A DNA stretch of 64,000 bases. It comes from Takakia lepidozioides (lineage: Eukaryota > Plantae > Bryophyta). Shown piece after piece: positions 39,125 to 51,788 of the stretch. A program made the position numbers and the translations under genes. The notes under the pieces are model-generated. The model worked only from the letters and a program-made list of their open reading frames with translations. It was not told the DNA's origin and did no database searches. The first letter of the stretch is position 1. Each line of letters begins with the position of its first letter. The stretch lies in assembly GCA_030704615.1 (NCBI GenBank), contig CM060733.1, positions 46,500,001 through 46,564,000 on the forward strand. The letters run 5' to 3'.

Positions 39125-40328
39125 AGAAACAGACGGGGAGCTACTTGCATCATACGAGTTCTCCCGGGATGATTGGGACCTCCGATTATAGGGTAAATGG
39201 GATGTCTATGATAAAAATAAGGTTTCTTTGAGATAAGGATCGCGTAGATGGGCATTGTAGATATTCTCATGATGTACTTTGTATACATCCGATTAATCGA
39301 TTGATTTAAATATTTTTTCTTGTTGCTCGTGTGGGTTGCGACTTTGCATATGTGATCTGAACATACTTATGCACGTGTGGACCAAATATGAGCTTGAACC
39401 AAGTTCATTCAATGGGTCATTCAAGTGTTGAACGCAGCTACGTGTCGTAGAGACGGAAAACTGCATTTCGCCTGCACATGATTTTTTTTTATTCCATTCT
39501 GAAGCCATATGCTTAGTGACAGCATATGCAATGTGCGTGCACAATTTGGGAGTAAACAAAAGTCATTTGGACCCAGAACCATATTTTCTTCTCTCATTTG
39601 CACTCCAAAGTTGAGTTATCTTCAACTTCATGCACTCTTCATAGAGAGTTTTGCAAAAGTGACCCTAGAAACACATTTTATTTTATTTTTCTATTTTGTT
39701 TTTGTCCAATGTTTTGCATGGATGTAGTGGTGCAAATCCCCATATCACATAATAAAATAGAGCCAAAAATAAAATCATTACGCCCCTCAAAACCGCAATC
39801 CTATATTTTCTAAATCCAAATATTTATTTTAAATTCGATTTAATTCAAAATTGGTTCAAGGTGAGTGCGTCGTTGGGGAGGCAATTTATATATATATTGA
39901 ATCTTTTCACATGTAACACATGGGAAAAAATGAAGTTTGAGCCACATCCGTTTGATGGGTGCAATGGCATGAGAGGATTTTCTTTCACATTAATAAACAA
40001 AATTGGTTGATAGGGTGAACGCGTCCTTGGGGGGGCAAATGATTTTTTTTAGGTTTGAACTTTGCATGCGTGACGTTGCGCACATACATGTAATTACTGA
40101 ATGACATATTTGATGTATGCACACATTGAAGGTTTTTGTTTGCATTTCGCTTATGATAAATTATATGGTTGCAAGGACACATTATAATAAATGCCCGTAT
40201 GTTCATTTGTTCATATCAGGACTTTGTCCCTCCCTTCCCGGTTCTTTCTCATGGCACCCCATCCGAAAACAACCCAAGTACATCAGGTGGGAGCAATGGG
40301 CGAGACGCTGCCCCCACGGTACTGAACG

Positions 40329-42680
40329 ATGATGACGATGACAGTGACAGTGACAACAACAATGAGGATGGAATTAACCAGGATGCAAGCCGTGGAGGAT
40401 CTCTTAATGCATCACGTGGGCGCTGATGCATCTGATGGAGAGGAAACCCGGCCAATCAATGATCTGGATATGGCCCCCTCAAATGACATGGAGAGGGAGG
40501 CGAGAACTCCCTTATATGAAGAGGCGAAAGTGAGTCGACTTACAACAATCTTACTTTTGCTCAATCTTCAAATTCGATTTGGCATAAGTAATGTTGGGAT
40601 GTCTGCCATAATGCGAACTATTGCGGACTATATCCTTGCTCCACACTTGAAACCCAAGATGCCACGGTCGCGGAAAGAGTCGCGCGAAGTCTTGGACTTT
40701 GTGGGGATGGGCTATAAGATTTTTCATGCATGTCTATGTGATAAAACCTTATACTACGGAGATGATTTGCGTCTAACCAAGTGTCCAAAGTGCAAGAAAG
40801 ACCGATATCGAGATGATGTCCAAGGGAAAAAAAGTACCACGCAAGATATAAGCGTCATTCCCCCTCACATTGAAATTATTTTCTTTAATCTTTTCAATGC
40901 ATGTAAAGTGTATTCCACAAAGTTTAGGGTTTAGATAGTAGTACTCATGCAATATCTGATTGTGACTTTGGAAGGAATGAGTAATATTAGCGACGTTTGG
41001 TGTGATCTTTATTTTCCTAATAACGGAGATGGTGCATAAAGGGAAAGATATAAGGGTGTTGTATTATGTGTGCTAATGGGATGATTACATGTGGGGGACG
41101 TGGGGTACTTCATCCTAAAAATGCATTACTTTTCGATCATCCTGCGATTGAAGGCACAGTACCGAAGCCCCACATTGGCTGTTCTGATAAGATGACACGC
41201 CTCGCATCGGAGCCCCCCAAGAAAGGTGTGTAGGCCACAAGATTCACAAGCATGGAGGCATACTGAAGAGATGTGGCATTTTCTCTTGGAGGACCCACGA
41301 CATGTCCACCTCGGCTTCTCCTCGGATGGGGTCAACCCGTACTCTGTCCAGTCATTCCACTTGGCCGGTGACCATGGTGAACTACAACATCCCTCCGTAT
41401 CTTTCAATAAAAAAGAGCCACATCATGTTGGCTGCCATTGTACCAGGTGAGTGTTCCCATTTCATTCTTATTATTCCCTTGGACTTTACATTAATCTTCC
41501 GATCTCTGGCGCAATTCGGATGCAAGATTGATGAGTGACAGAATCATGGAGTAAGATGTGTAATTCATTATGTAGTATAATCATATTGGTGGAGCATTGA
41601 AACAATGATGTGAATGTCTCATAGGGAAAAAACAAGTGGCAAACATGGACACGTACTTGCGACCTCTAGTTGATGAACTTAAGCAGCTATGGAGGGGGGT
41701 CCCGGCATTAGATGCTTCACTTGACCCTATGGCCGGACAATCTTTTCAGATGAGAGACATCTTGTTTTGGACAATGCATGATTATCCAGGTATATTATGT
41801 TCCCCATGAAGAACCCGCGTACATTCACTTATCAAGGCCAGATAATATCGATGAGGATTGGGATTGATTGAAGTAGCGTCGATAGTCTTGTGCACCTTAG
41901 TTGGGTAGATGACATTATGGGCCATGCACATGATAACTTTTTGTCTTTGCTAAAGTGGCGGGATGTGTACAGGACTAACGGTTCGCTCGGGGCTAAGCAC
42001 CAAAGGGTACCATGCATGCTTGCATTGTGGCGATGATCTTGATGCACATAGCTCCCGCCATCTTCACAAGATGGTGTATCCGAACTATCGCAAGTTTCTT
42101 CCTATGAGCCATCGATGGAGAAGAAGAGAAAAACACTTGTTTGATGGCAAAGAGGAAGTACGTCCCCCCCCTGTGACACCATCCGGGCAGTTTTGGGAGG
42201 ACCGATGGAAGAAGGCCCATGCAGGCACGGTCGGTGAAGTAGACGTGCCCGGCATGAAGCGACTTTCAATCTTCTACGAGTTGTCATATTGGGCGGTACA
42301 TATTCCACAAAAACACCATCAATATCATTATGCATGCATGTGATATTGCACATTTTGTATGAGTTACATTGTCACTTTCATGTCAAAATATTTGTGTAAG
42401 TATTTGCGGGTGGGAGTATATGTAGGACCTGAAGATTCGTCATCTTCTAGATCCTATGCATATTGAGAATAATGTTTGCTCGTCCCTTTTTTCGGGTTCT
42501 TCATGGCACGCCGGCAAAGAAGGGAGTAGCTGCAAAAGCAGATTCTCTCGGTGTTAGAAAGGAGCTTGAAGAGCAGGGTCGCATGCGCCGTCTATGGGCC
42601 GAACAAAATGGTGTGGACCCAAAGGGTGTTGTATGGTGGAAGTATAGGCGCGCATCTTGGGATTTGCCATCGAAATAATA
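40329..42680 (+). pseudogene. CACTA Tnp2/Transposase_21-family transposase, intron-containing, degenerate
   Basis: TPLYE...LLNLQ ... IFHAC..DKTLY ... KCPKCKKDRY; DSQAW ... DPRHVHLGFSSDGVNPY; STWPV...YNIPP; MDTYLRPLVDELKQLW; WTMHDYPG; KGYHACLHC; LSIFYELSYW; HLLDPMHIE. Confidence 0.92.
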
Positions 42681-44964
42681 AGACGGTATTGTACCGTTCA
42701 GAACGAGGCCCCGAGATAGCATGAATAATTTGTTCTTAAATATATTGAGACCCAAAATATGTTGTGAGAATGGTTCGCTTGCGAAACAAATCAAACGGTT
42801 GGGATTTGCCATTGAAATAGTAAGTCCTCCGTCTTTCCCCAGAAAAGTACTTCAAGCTTTCGGGTGTGTGTCGGGTATCTGTCTGGAGTTGCACTCTCAT
42901 TCGACTCTATTTGTCTAGAGTTTCACAATCATGGCGCTCTGCATTTGACAACTACTAAAGGTTGGAAAAGTAATAGAGAAACAATTAGTTATTGTATTAG
43001 TCGTGGAATGACCATTCACAGAATATTATTACTACCAATTCTTCCAAGAGAAAGTGCTAACATGAGTGGGAAACTTAACCACTGAATGGGCCGTGAAGTA
43101 GTACTATGGGGAAACTCCCCCATAACCGTACGAAACCTGCAAACCAACTACCAAGGTAGACTGATAGTCTAGACGATAGTACTATTGGTTGCGAGGTTCG
43201 ATGAAAAGAGAGGAGTAGTGGAACTTAGTCCGCATTGACGAATGAATCATAATATTAAGTTTCTTATTATTATTATTTAAATTTTAGGGTACGCAGTCTT
43301 TTCGATTGTTAAGGACTAATGCAACTTCTTCCACCATTCTTGTATATATTAATAAGAATATTGATGAAAAATAATCATAAATTTTAACAGGTCTATGAAT
43401 GGCAATTCCACATCATCCACGACTATAGCACTAATGCAAAAATCCGTATAACATTGTCCCGATCTTAGGTGCTGGGAAACCCAGAATCCAATGAAGATTT
43501 CGTGAGCTGAAGTATCGAGCTAGACCATACATATAAAACCAGATATATTCATTATTTTCACTTGCGAAACCCTATTGGTAGATATACTTCGCTGCCGACT
43601 ACCGAGGATCCATGAAAAGAGGGGAGGATTGACGTTCACTATTAAAAATTACCTTTTGGTATTATTTACATGTTTTGAATTTGATGGTATGTGGTCTTTT
43701 TGATTGGAACCTCTTCCACGCTTGTTGTAGAGGACAACCAAGTCATAAAACCGATACCGTCGGAAAATCAAACAATAGGTAACAATTTTATTTGCTTCCT
43801 TAAACCTCAGATTCTACGTTGAGTTTTTTAATGCCTAACAAAACATTTGTTCTAATAATAATTGTGGTTATAACAATTTCCCAATTCTGCCTCATGTTTG
43901 ATTCACAACTGACATTCATGTTTCCAGTGTCTATCTTTCTTGAAATAGTGGCATCTCGTGGTTTCCTTGTTTATGGGTTAATGTTCTCTATCCCGTGGTG
44001 GATAATCATCTCGTGGCCTTTGATAACGATTACCCATATTGTATCGCATTGGTCCATCCGGTCCTCCCCGTCGGACTTGGATTTGGACTTGGACTTGGAC
44101 TTGGACTTGGTGTACCCCCACCTCTCGTGTGTACCCACTTTTCTTGGCCCGTTGATTGTAAATACAATGAATCATGTTTTGGATGTGACAAAGGCAGTAA
44201 AATATTAAAATAACATGAAACATTCGGAAGAGGTACTAGGGTAGTACTATAAGGTTTGGGGTGTAACTAGAGAAGTGCAATAAGGTTTGGGTTTACGGTA
44301 AAGGTAAGGGTTTAGGGTTTGGATTTAGGGTACAAAGGGACAAACATATGTGATGGACTCACACTCGGTAGAATTAAGAAATGGTTGAGGAATTTGATAT
44401 CCCTGTAATCATTCTATTATACCTTATCCAACAAAAGAAAATATTAAAAGAGCATGAAATATTGAGAAGAGGTAACATGGTAGTACAATAAGGTTTGGAG
44501 TGTAACTAGGGTAGTATATAACACAATTTTAATTAATTCTGGACTTTTGGCTTAAATCCGGACCCAACTTAATATATATTTGAATTAAAATTAATTAATA
44601 ATATTAATAATATCATGGTGTAATGTGTGATTGAACTTTGTGAAATTACAGGTGATGTCATACTTGTTTCAAAATGTGTCATATAAGAGGTCCATTTGAC
44701 ATTGAAGTACTTGTGAAGTAGCGGTACTGAACAATTCATTGAACATCCACTTGGAAGTCGAATAATGTAATATTCCATTATGTAATCATGATAAACAAAT
44801 GGGTCTCATCGAACATGGGGTAGAGACCTACTCTACCATACTCCATACAACTTGCTAGTAATTTTATTGATTGAATCTTCATATCAAGCACAATGTTCAC
44901 ATAAAGGGCTTATGGTAACATGGTCATTTTTGACAAAAACAGAGTAGAAGGGAGGGGTATCCAA

Positions 44965-47900
44965 GTTGATGGCGTTGACGAGCTTCAAAGTAAGCTTAAC
45001 GCATTTAGGCACGTTTAAAAATCTATGAGCAACTGCGACATGGTCGGGCGCAACTAGCTAGGGACACTTTGATGTGCCCTCTCGGAGGGCGTACTGTCAG
45101 TTCAAGATTCCTGGAAGTAGGTCCACGCAGATATAATCAAAGCTAGATTAGACTCATCTGTTAAACTTGGAGGCTGCCCTTGTTGAATATTTGCAAGAGT
45201 TCCAACGAAAGCCTGTCGAGAGTTTAAGGGAGGCTTACACGCGCATGAGACCATTGATAAATGTAACCCAAAGGATTACGGAAGCTCAAGCAGTCCAATT
45301 CTATTATGGGATATTGGACAAGAAGCTGAGGAGAAGGATGCGGGATGCAACTCTCATACATGTGGCCCAACCCACCTTAGCAAACGTATTTTTGCTGGCA
45401 GAGCGGATAGAGCTCAATATGGTGGAGGAGCGAGTGGTCATGGTGGGGTTTGGTCAGGAGACACAATGAAGTGGGGCTCCTAGCCAACAACAACCACTGC
45501 TCCAACGTGCTCAAGGCAACAAGAGGGCTCAGGCGAAGCCCAGGGAAGGGCCGAGAGGATCTCAATTGCAAATGTCACTTCCTTCATTCTCAGACCAACA
45601 ACAGTCGGGTGTGACATGTTGGGATTGTGGAGGACCCCATGTTAAGAGAGATTGCCCGGAAAGAGGCAAAGGGCCGGCACAGGCACAACTTACACAACTA
45701 CAATGTGGGCATTATGGCAAGTATGGGCATGAAGAGGCCCATTGTTATGATTTGCATCCTGAGCTACGGCCAGGCCAGTTCCAAGGGAACAATGGTGGCC
45801 GAGGACGAGACAATGTAGTCCAGAGAGGTAGAGGAGGCAGAGGTCGTGGTGGAGGTTGTAACCAAAACCAAAGAGCACAGGGTCAGGGTCAAGGTCATGA
45901 CCAAGGCATGGTGGATAGGCTTGCCCAGCTAGAGCAACGTCTTGCTACCATGGCCACTATTCATGTTGCGCCAGCTCCAAGGCCTGAGGTTCAAGCCTCG
46001 CCTGCACAACCTCCTATGCCTAGGGAAGACCAGATTGGTATGGGCTTCATGTGTGGAGCCACACTTGCAGGACCATTGCATGTGGACTCTGCAGCTGCTG
46101 TCACTCGAGCAGCAACGTGTGCTCCTGAGCCAAGAAGAGCGGATGTGGATTTTGATCCACAAAGAGGGGAAGCAAGTCGGCAGACAAGGCTTCCACAGTC
46201 TTTCACATTGGCTGAGACAATGCCAACTATGCCATCGATGGCACACGCTCGCCCAACTGTATCAGAGGTAGAGCCACGAGTGTCATTGGAGAGAGTTGGT
46301 ATGGCTCGGGAAATGCCAGTGGGTGGTACTGCAAAGCAAGGTGCAGCCAGTACATTGTTGGGGGCGGCTATAGCAATTTGTCAAGCTCCATTGTTTTCTG
46401 CCACGACAATTGCAATGCCGGAGATGCGGACAGCTGCAGTGTTTAGACTGGCAGTTGCACTCTGTGAGAGTGATGATGCATCGACACTATCTGCGGGGAT
46501 AGCGGATCAGATGCAGTGCATGGATGCCATAGATTCAAGGGTGAAGACAGCCACAGCTGCGCCATGGCAAGCGGCAGCTGCAAGGTGGCAGGAGTTGCCA
46601 GCTAGACCAACCATTGAGCATAGTATGGTGACTCCTAGGGTAGTCCTGGTGGACAATCAGAATGGTGTGTTTCAGTTGGGTGGCCCAGCCGGGAGGAGGT
46701 ATAGGCCACTGCGGGTTTTGTTGGACTCGGGAGCACAACCATTGATGTTGGGAAGAGTAGCAATTGTAGGCTTGGGCCTTACAGAGGCGGATTTGGAGCC
46801 TTGCCCTTTCCAAATTCAAACATCTTTGGGCGGTTCAGAGAAGGCACGAGGGATTACACACCATGAGCTCTTCATTCGATTGCAGCCAGATCATCCTACA
46901 GATGGCTCTGTCATGAGAGCTAAAGCCATTGTTACGGTTTCTATGATCCATCGCTACATTCCCAATAAACCGCACTGGGAGTAGTGCACGTCGACCATCC
47001 CCTGATTGCCATTCCGGCCTGTAGGATGCCGTTTCCTCCCAAAAGTCCAAAGTAAAGCCCATCGGGTATAACACAGCCCCACCAACAATCACATCATAAG
47101 ACATCGCATCGGCTGTATTCTCAGGAGTGGTGGCTTGGGGTGGTGAACTCTTGGAGGGCAATAGCAATGCAGATGATAGGCCACCACCTGATGAGGACAA
47201 ACAATTGGCATACAAGGCTTATTTGCTTCCTCATGTGCCTGTTCATATTCCACTATGGGGTACAGTTGGGAATTTGCATCGAATAGCAGACGAGTGTGTG
47301 CACCAAGCATGGCAGGATGCCTATCCATTGGCGAGTGAGGGGGGTTCAGTGACATCACCTGGACCTCCTTAGTTAGCTCCTTTGGATACAGTGCACATTA
47401 CCTGGCAACCACCTGACTCAGGGATTTGTTTGCTAGACCTGTTTGGAGGCATGAGCACTGGGCTTGCAGGAGTGTTGCAAGTTGAGATTAAAGTACAAAA
47501 GTACTTGTATGTGGAGAATGATGAGATAGCTCGGCGTATTTCTATGCGTCACGTTGTCTTGCTCACACACCAGTACCCTGAGTTGCTGCCTCTCTCAGCA
47601 ATTCAAAAGTACCAAAAAGCCTTGCCAGCAGACATTACCATGTTGGGGGCGGATGATTTGGGCCGGCATGGTGCCATTGACTTGGTGATAGCCGGATGGC
47701 CTTGCCAAGGACACTCTCCCGCAGGTCATGGGAATGGCTTGCATGATGCACGATCGCATTTGTTTTGGGAGATGTTGAGAGTGTTGCGTGACTTGTAGAC
47801 GAGGCAAGTGCAACCTCTAGCCTATATCTTGGAGAATGTTCCTCTTATGGGGGACTCTCGGGCCAGGGTTATGGCCAGTGTGCATCAGGTGCGGTCTTGG

Positions 47901-50780
47901 ATTGGATCGACGATGCTATTGGATGCAGCAGCGGTGGGATCATGCGCGCATCGACCTTGATTGTGGTGGACCAATCTTGCACCACCAGAGCTGCTCAAAA
48001 GAGCATATGATTCCATTCAACAGCCACCCAATCTCACGGTTGAGGGCATTTTGGACCAAGGGAGGCAACCACAGAGGGTGCGACATGATGACTGTCCACC
48101 TCTAGCAGTTGTCAATCGAGTGGGGCAGCCACGTACAGCCTTGCCTACGCTCATAAGCTTTCCCTCGTCTCATGCTTTTCGAGACAATGGTCCTGGGTTG
48201 ATTTGGGATAGTATGCTACAGCAATTGGTGGAGCCCAATGCGGATGAGCGCGAGCAGGCAATGGGGTTTGCCACGGGTACTACAGCTGTGCCAGCTCTGT
48301 CAGAGGCATCACGACGCCAGGTGTTGGGTCAGGCAATGGATCTCAATTGCATGATATGGGTCATTGGCTTGTGCATGGCTGAGCAACGGAGATTGCAAGC
48401 ATTGGTGGCTACTTCTGCACTTCCATTGGATATTGCACCATCTCTGCCAACCGGAACGTGAGTGGGGGCGAGCACAGGATCATGGGGTGCAAACACCCAT
48501 GGCAGATGTGGGATGAGATGCGGAAAGAGAGAGTCCTTAGATCTCTCAAGCAGCAATATGAGGAGTGGGGAGAGCCATACACTGAGGATCAGTTAGAGGC
48601 CAAGGTGACCAATGTTTTTGAAGAGGTTGAGAATGTTTCTTCCCCAGAGGATGTTCTCAAGGTGGCTATGGCGGAGCAAGTGGAGGCTACGCCACAGTCA
48701 GATTGGGCGGACAAGGCCCAAAAGGTTGCTATCTAGCAACCAAAGGATTCGTCTCCTACCTCCAAGCCTGGTGTACCCAAGGTTGCAGTCATTGAGGACA
48801 ATTGGGAACCAGATGTTGGACCTACAGTCACCGGAGGAGAGAGACAGAGGATCCAGCGATTTCTAAGGGCTTATAGAAATTGCTTTGTCTTCGGTTTGAA
48901 GGATTTGGGGAGTTTGAAGGGTCAGGAGATTCGTATTGATTTGACAAGTGACACGCCAATCTTTCGAAGGCCCTACCGGTATAGTGACATGGAGAGGTCA
49001 TTGATCTAGTCACGGACTATGAAGTTGTTCGAAGCTGGATTGGTGGAGTTGTCAGGCGGGGAATATGCCTCGGCAACGGTGATGCCAGCTAAGAAGGATA
49101 TCTATGGCAATTGGACAGAAAGAAGGAAGTGTGGGGACTATCGTCCTGTGAACCGTCAGACTAAGTCCCATAGATATGCCATGCCAACTCCAGAGGAAAT
49201 TTTTGATGCCATTGGGCATGCGAAGGTGTTTAGCACATTGGACTTGCGATCCGGTTACCACCAGTTGCCAATAAAAAAGGCTGACAAGCAAAAGATGGCA
49301 TTCTGGGGGATTAACCAACATGGGAATGATTGCTTGTACCAATGGCGCTTCCTACCGTTTGGGTTGAAGAATGCTCCTACAGAGTTTCAGAGGGTTATGG
49401 ATAGGATTCTCGCGGGGCTAGACTTTGTCCGGTGTTACATTGATGACATCATTATCTTTAGTGCTACGGTTGAGGAGCATGAGAGACACCTTCAGGTGGT
49501 GTTTGAGCGCTTGAGAACGCATGGGTTGAAATTGCACCCTGGGAAGTGCAAGTTCTTCCACAACCAGATTGAGTATCTGGGCCACATGATATACCCTGGA
49601 GGATTGGGTGTTCAAAAGACGAAGGTGGAGGCCATTGCACGCATTCCACGCCCCATAGATGTTAGCAAAGTTCGTGTTTTCATGGGGTTGACAAACTACT
49701 ATCGACGGTTTGTCAAGGAATTTAACAACATTGCAAATGCTCTTACCAAGTTGACCAAGGTGGGTTAGGAGTGGCAGTGGGAGGAGGAGCAGGAGGAAGC
49801 CTTTGAGGAATTCAAGGCTCGATTGACTTCTGCATCTATTCTGAGGCGGCCTATTCGGGGGCGGTCTTTCCAGCTACATACGGATTGGAGTATGCTGGGA
49901 ATTGGAGCAGTGCTCACACAGGTGGATGACAAGGGAAGAGAGTTCGTAGTGGCATATGCCAGCCACTCGAACAATGATGCCGATGCGAAATATAGCTCAT
50001 ATGAAGGGGAGTGTCTAGCTGCGATAGGGGCAATGACACATTTCAGATGCTACCTCTATGGCAACCTCTTCACCCTTGTCACGGATCACCAACCATTGAA
50101 ATGGTTGATGGAGTCAGACAAGCTTACAGGGAAGCTTGCATGGTGGGCACTTATGCCTCAAGAGTACGACTTCCAGGTGGTGCATCGAGCCGGTATAGTC
50201 AATCGGGATGCAGATGGGTTGAGTCGTAATCCATGTACGAGTGAGCATGATGATACTGGTGCTCGGTGGCATGGTGAGACGAATGAGGAGATGGTGCCAG
50301 GATGGCATGCATCTGTCTTTTTGTGCATCCTAGCAATGGGAGCTCAAGCTGGTCCATCCCATAACATTGGTCATGTAGATGGTGTGCATGACGATCCGGA
50401 GATCAGTGAGGAGCTTGGTGGTGCTAAGGATGTGCATGAAGATGCAGCAGTGTTGACCTACCTTCGCCAAGAGGTTCAAGTGGGAAGGGACTCACCTACT
50501 CCGAGTATGGGAGGATAGACGAGTGAGGATTGTGCCTCATCCAACACAACGAGCGCGATTGGTACGTCATGCCCATGAGGAGTTGGGACATTTTGGGGTG
50601 CAGCGCACTCATAGTTTGCTGCAAGGACAGTACTTGTGGCGAGGCATGCATACAGAGGTGCAACAGTTAGTGACAAGGTGCATGGTGTGTGATAGAGTGC
50701 GGGCTTCTTTCAATGCATCTACTCCACAATTGCATCTTTTACCCATTATGGGTTTGGGCTATCGTTGGAGTCTTGACTTC
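44965..50780 (+). mobile_element. Ty3/Gypsy LTR-retrotransposon internal region: gag-PR-DNMT-RT-RNaseH-INT(N), degenerate, no LTRs retained
   Basis: Zinc knuckle CWDCGGPHVKRDC; protease LLDSGA; RT CGDYRPVN, LDLRSGYHQ, PFGLKNAP, YIDDII; RNase H LHTDWS, EGECLA, TDHQPL, ADGLSR; integrase HEELGHFG..CMVC and WSLDF, cut at ~50780. Confidence 0.95.
47382..48400 (+). pseudogene. C5-cytosine DNA methyltransferase catalytic domain inside the Gypsy pol region
   Basis: One frame, motifs in canonical order: I LLDLFGGMSTG, II YVEND, III ADIT, IV IAGWPCQGHS, V DARSHLFWE, VI ILENV, VIII AHRP*LWWTN, IX EREQAMGF, X QVLGQAMD. Interrupted by stops at 47796 and 47958. Confidence 0.9.
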
Positions 50781-51332
50781 GCAAAACTTAGTATGAACAG
50801 TAGAACAAATAATAGATTGACAAACATTATCTTTGTTAGTCCATTCATCTTCATCTTCAGCATTCTCCTTGGGGCCTCTCCAGTAATAATTTCTAGAAGC
50901 TTTTTGGCACGAAGCATGACACTCATATGAAATTTCCACAATTGGAAATTTTCTTCATTGAACTTCTCAACGGTGACCAGGTCTCTAGGATCATTCTTGG
51001 TTGCCATGCTTGCTAAAGGGACTCTAGAAGAAATTGATCTCTAAAACAAATCTATGTACCACAAAACTAGCGTTTCTAACATACTGTCAAGAACGTGAGT
51101 AACTGTAGTAACAAAAGAAACAAGTCTGCCTATGGAAGTAATGGTCGTGGGCCCATAACCTATTGAAAACACTGACTTAGGACAGACTTGAGTTAGTCAA
51201 GAGATGCAAGAAGATCTTTACTCATAACTAAGTCACAGATCTAGCAAGCCTCATGCGCTCTGTATGGAATTGAGATACAACTACCTTGCAGGGTGTGACA
51301 CTAAATATGCAACGAGTATGCAACCCTCAACA
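50781..51332 (-). mobile_element. Ty1/Copia 5' fragment: LTR, PBS and gag start
   Basis: LTR TGTTG...CAATA (51332-51161); PBS GGTTATGGGCCC (half-tRNA-Met type); gag VEKFNEENFQLWKFHM..ML.AKKLLEIITGE. Confidence 0.85.
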
Positions 51333-51735
51333 CCGAAGAATGATTAAGTAACAGCATACTAGAGGGAAAAGAAGAGATCGGTGCTTAGCTATAAATAAGT
51401 GTAGATCGTAGCGGTGAGTAACTGGAGGTCGTGAGAGAGAGTGCTAACTAATGAGTAAGGCCGATCTGCAGTATTTTGAAGTACATATCCTACGGTCCTA
51501 CGTGCACACTAGCCACGGTAACTAGATACTTTCTACAATGCACAACCTTCCAAAATGTATCCATTGCGCATGACCTGATGGCAAAAACTACCTTCCGTAA
51601 GGTATAACACATATTTGTTTGGATATTATGTAAGTTAAAAAATGATAGAAACAACCTTCCGGAGGGTATACCAATATGTTTGGATTGAGCAATTCTAAAA
51701 TTGATATGAACAACCTCACGGGAGGTATCATCGAC
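51333..51735 (-). mobile_element. Probable LTR fragment
   Basis: Starts TGTCGATG on the minus strand and has a TATTTATAG box. No partner LTR is visible. Confidence 0.3.
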
Positions 51736-51788
51736 ATAACTCAGTGACAAAAATAATCTTTTGTAAGGTAAAAATATTTGTTTAGATT

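Larger units (their letters stand above)
37035..42688 (+). mobile_element. CACTA/EnSpm DNA transposon, left end through truncated transposase
   Basis: CACTTAGAAAAAAAAA terminus at 37035, followed by direct and inverted subterminal repeats GCCACGCCCGGCCGTCGCA (37059, 37120, inverted at ~37143). Transposase lies downstream. Confidence 0.75.

Noticed and set aside
43819-44223. ORFs with DLDLDL/QVQVQV/GLGLGL repeats
   Set aside because: All derive from a (GGACTT)n hexamer, with no family-level evidence for any frame.
37035-50780. SET-CACTA and DNMT-Gypsy as a single epigenetic operon-like system
   Set aside because: They belong to different TE classes and are separated by unrelated sequence (42.7-44.9 kb). 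Proximity is adequately explained by TE nesting.
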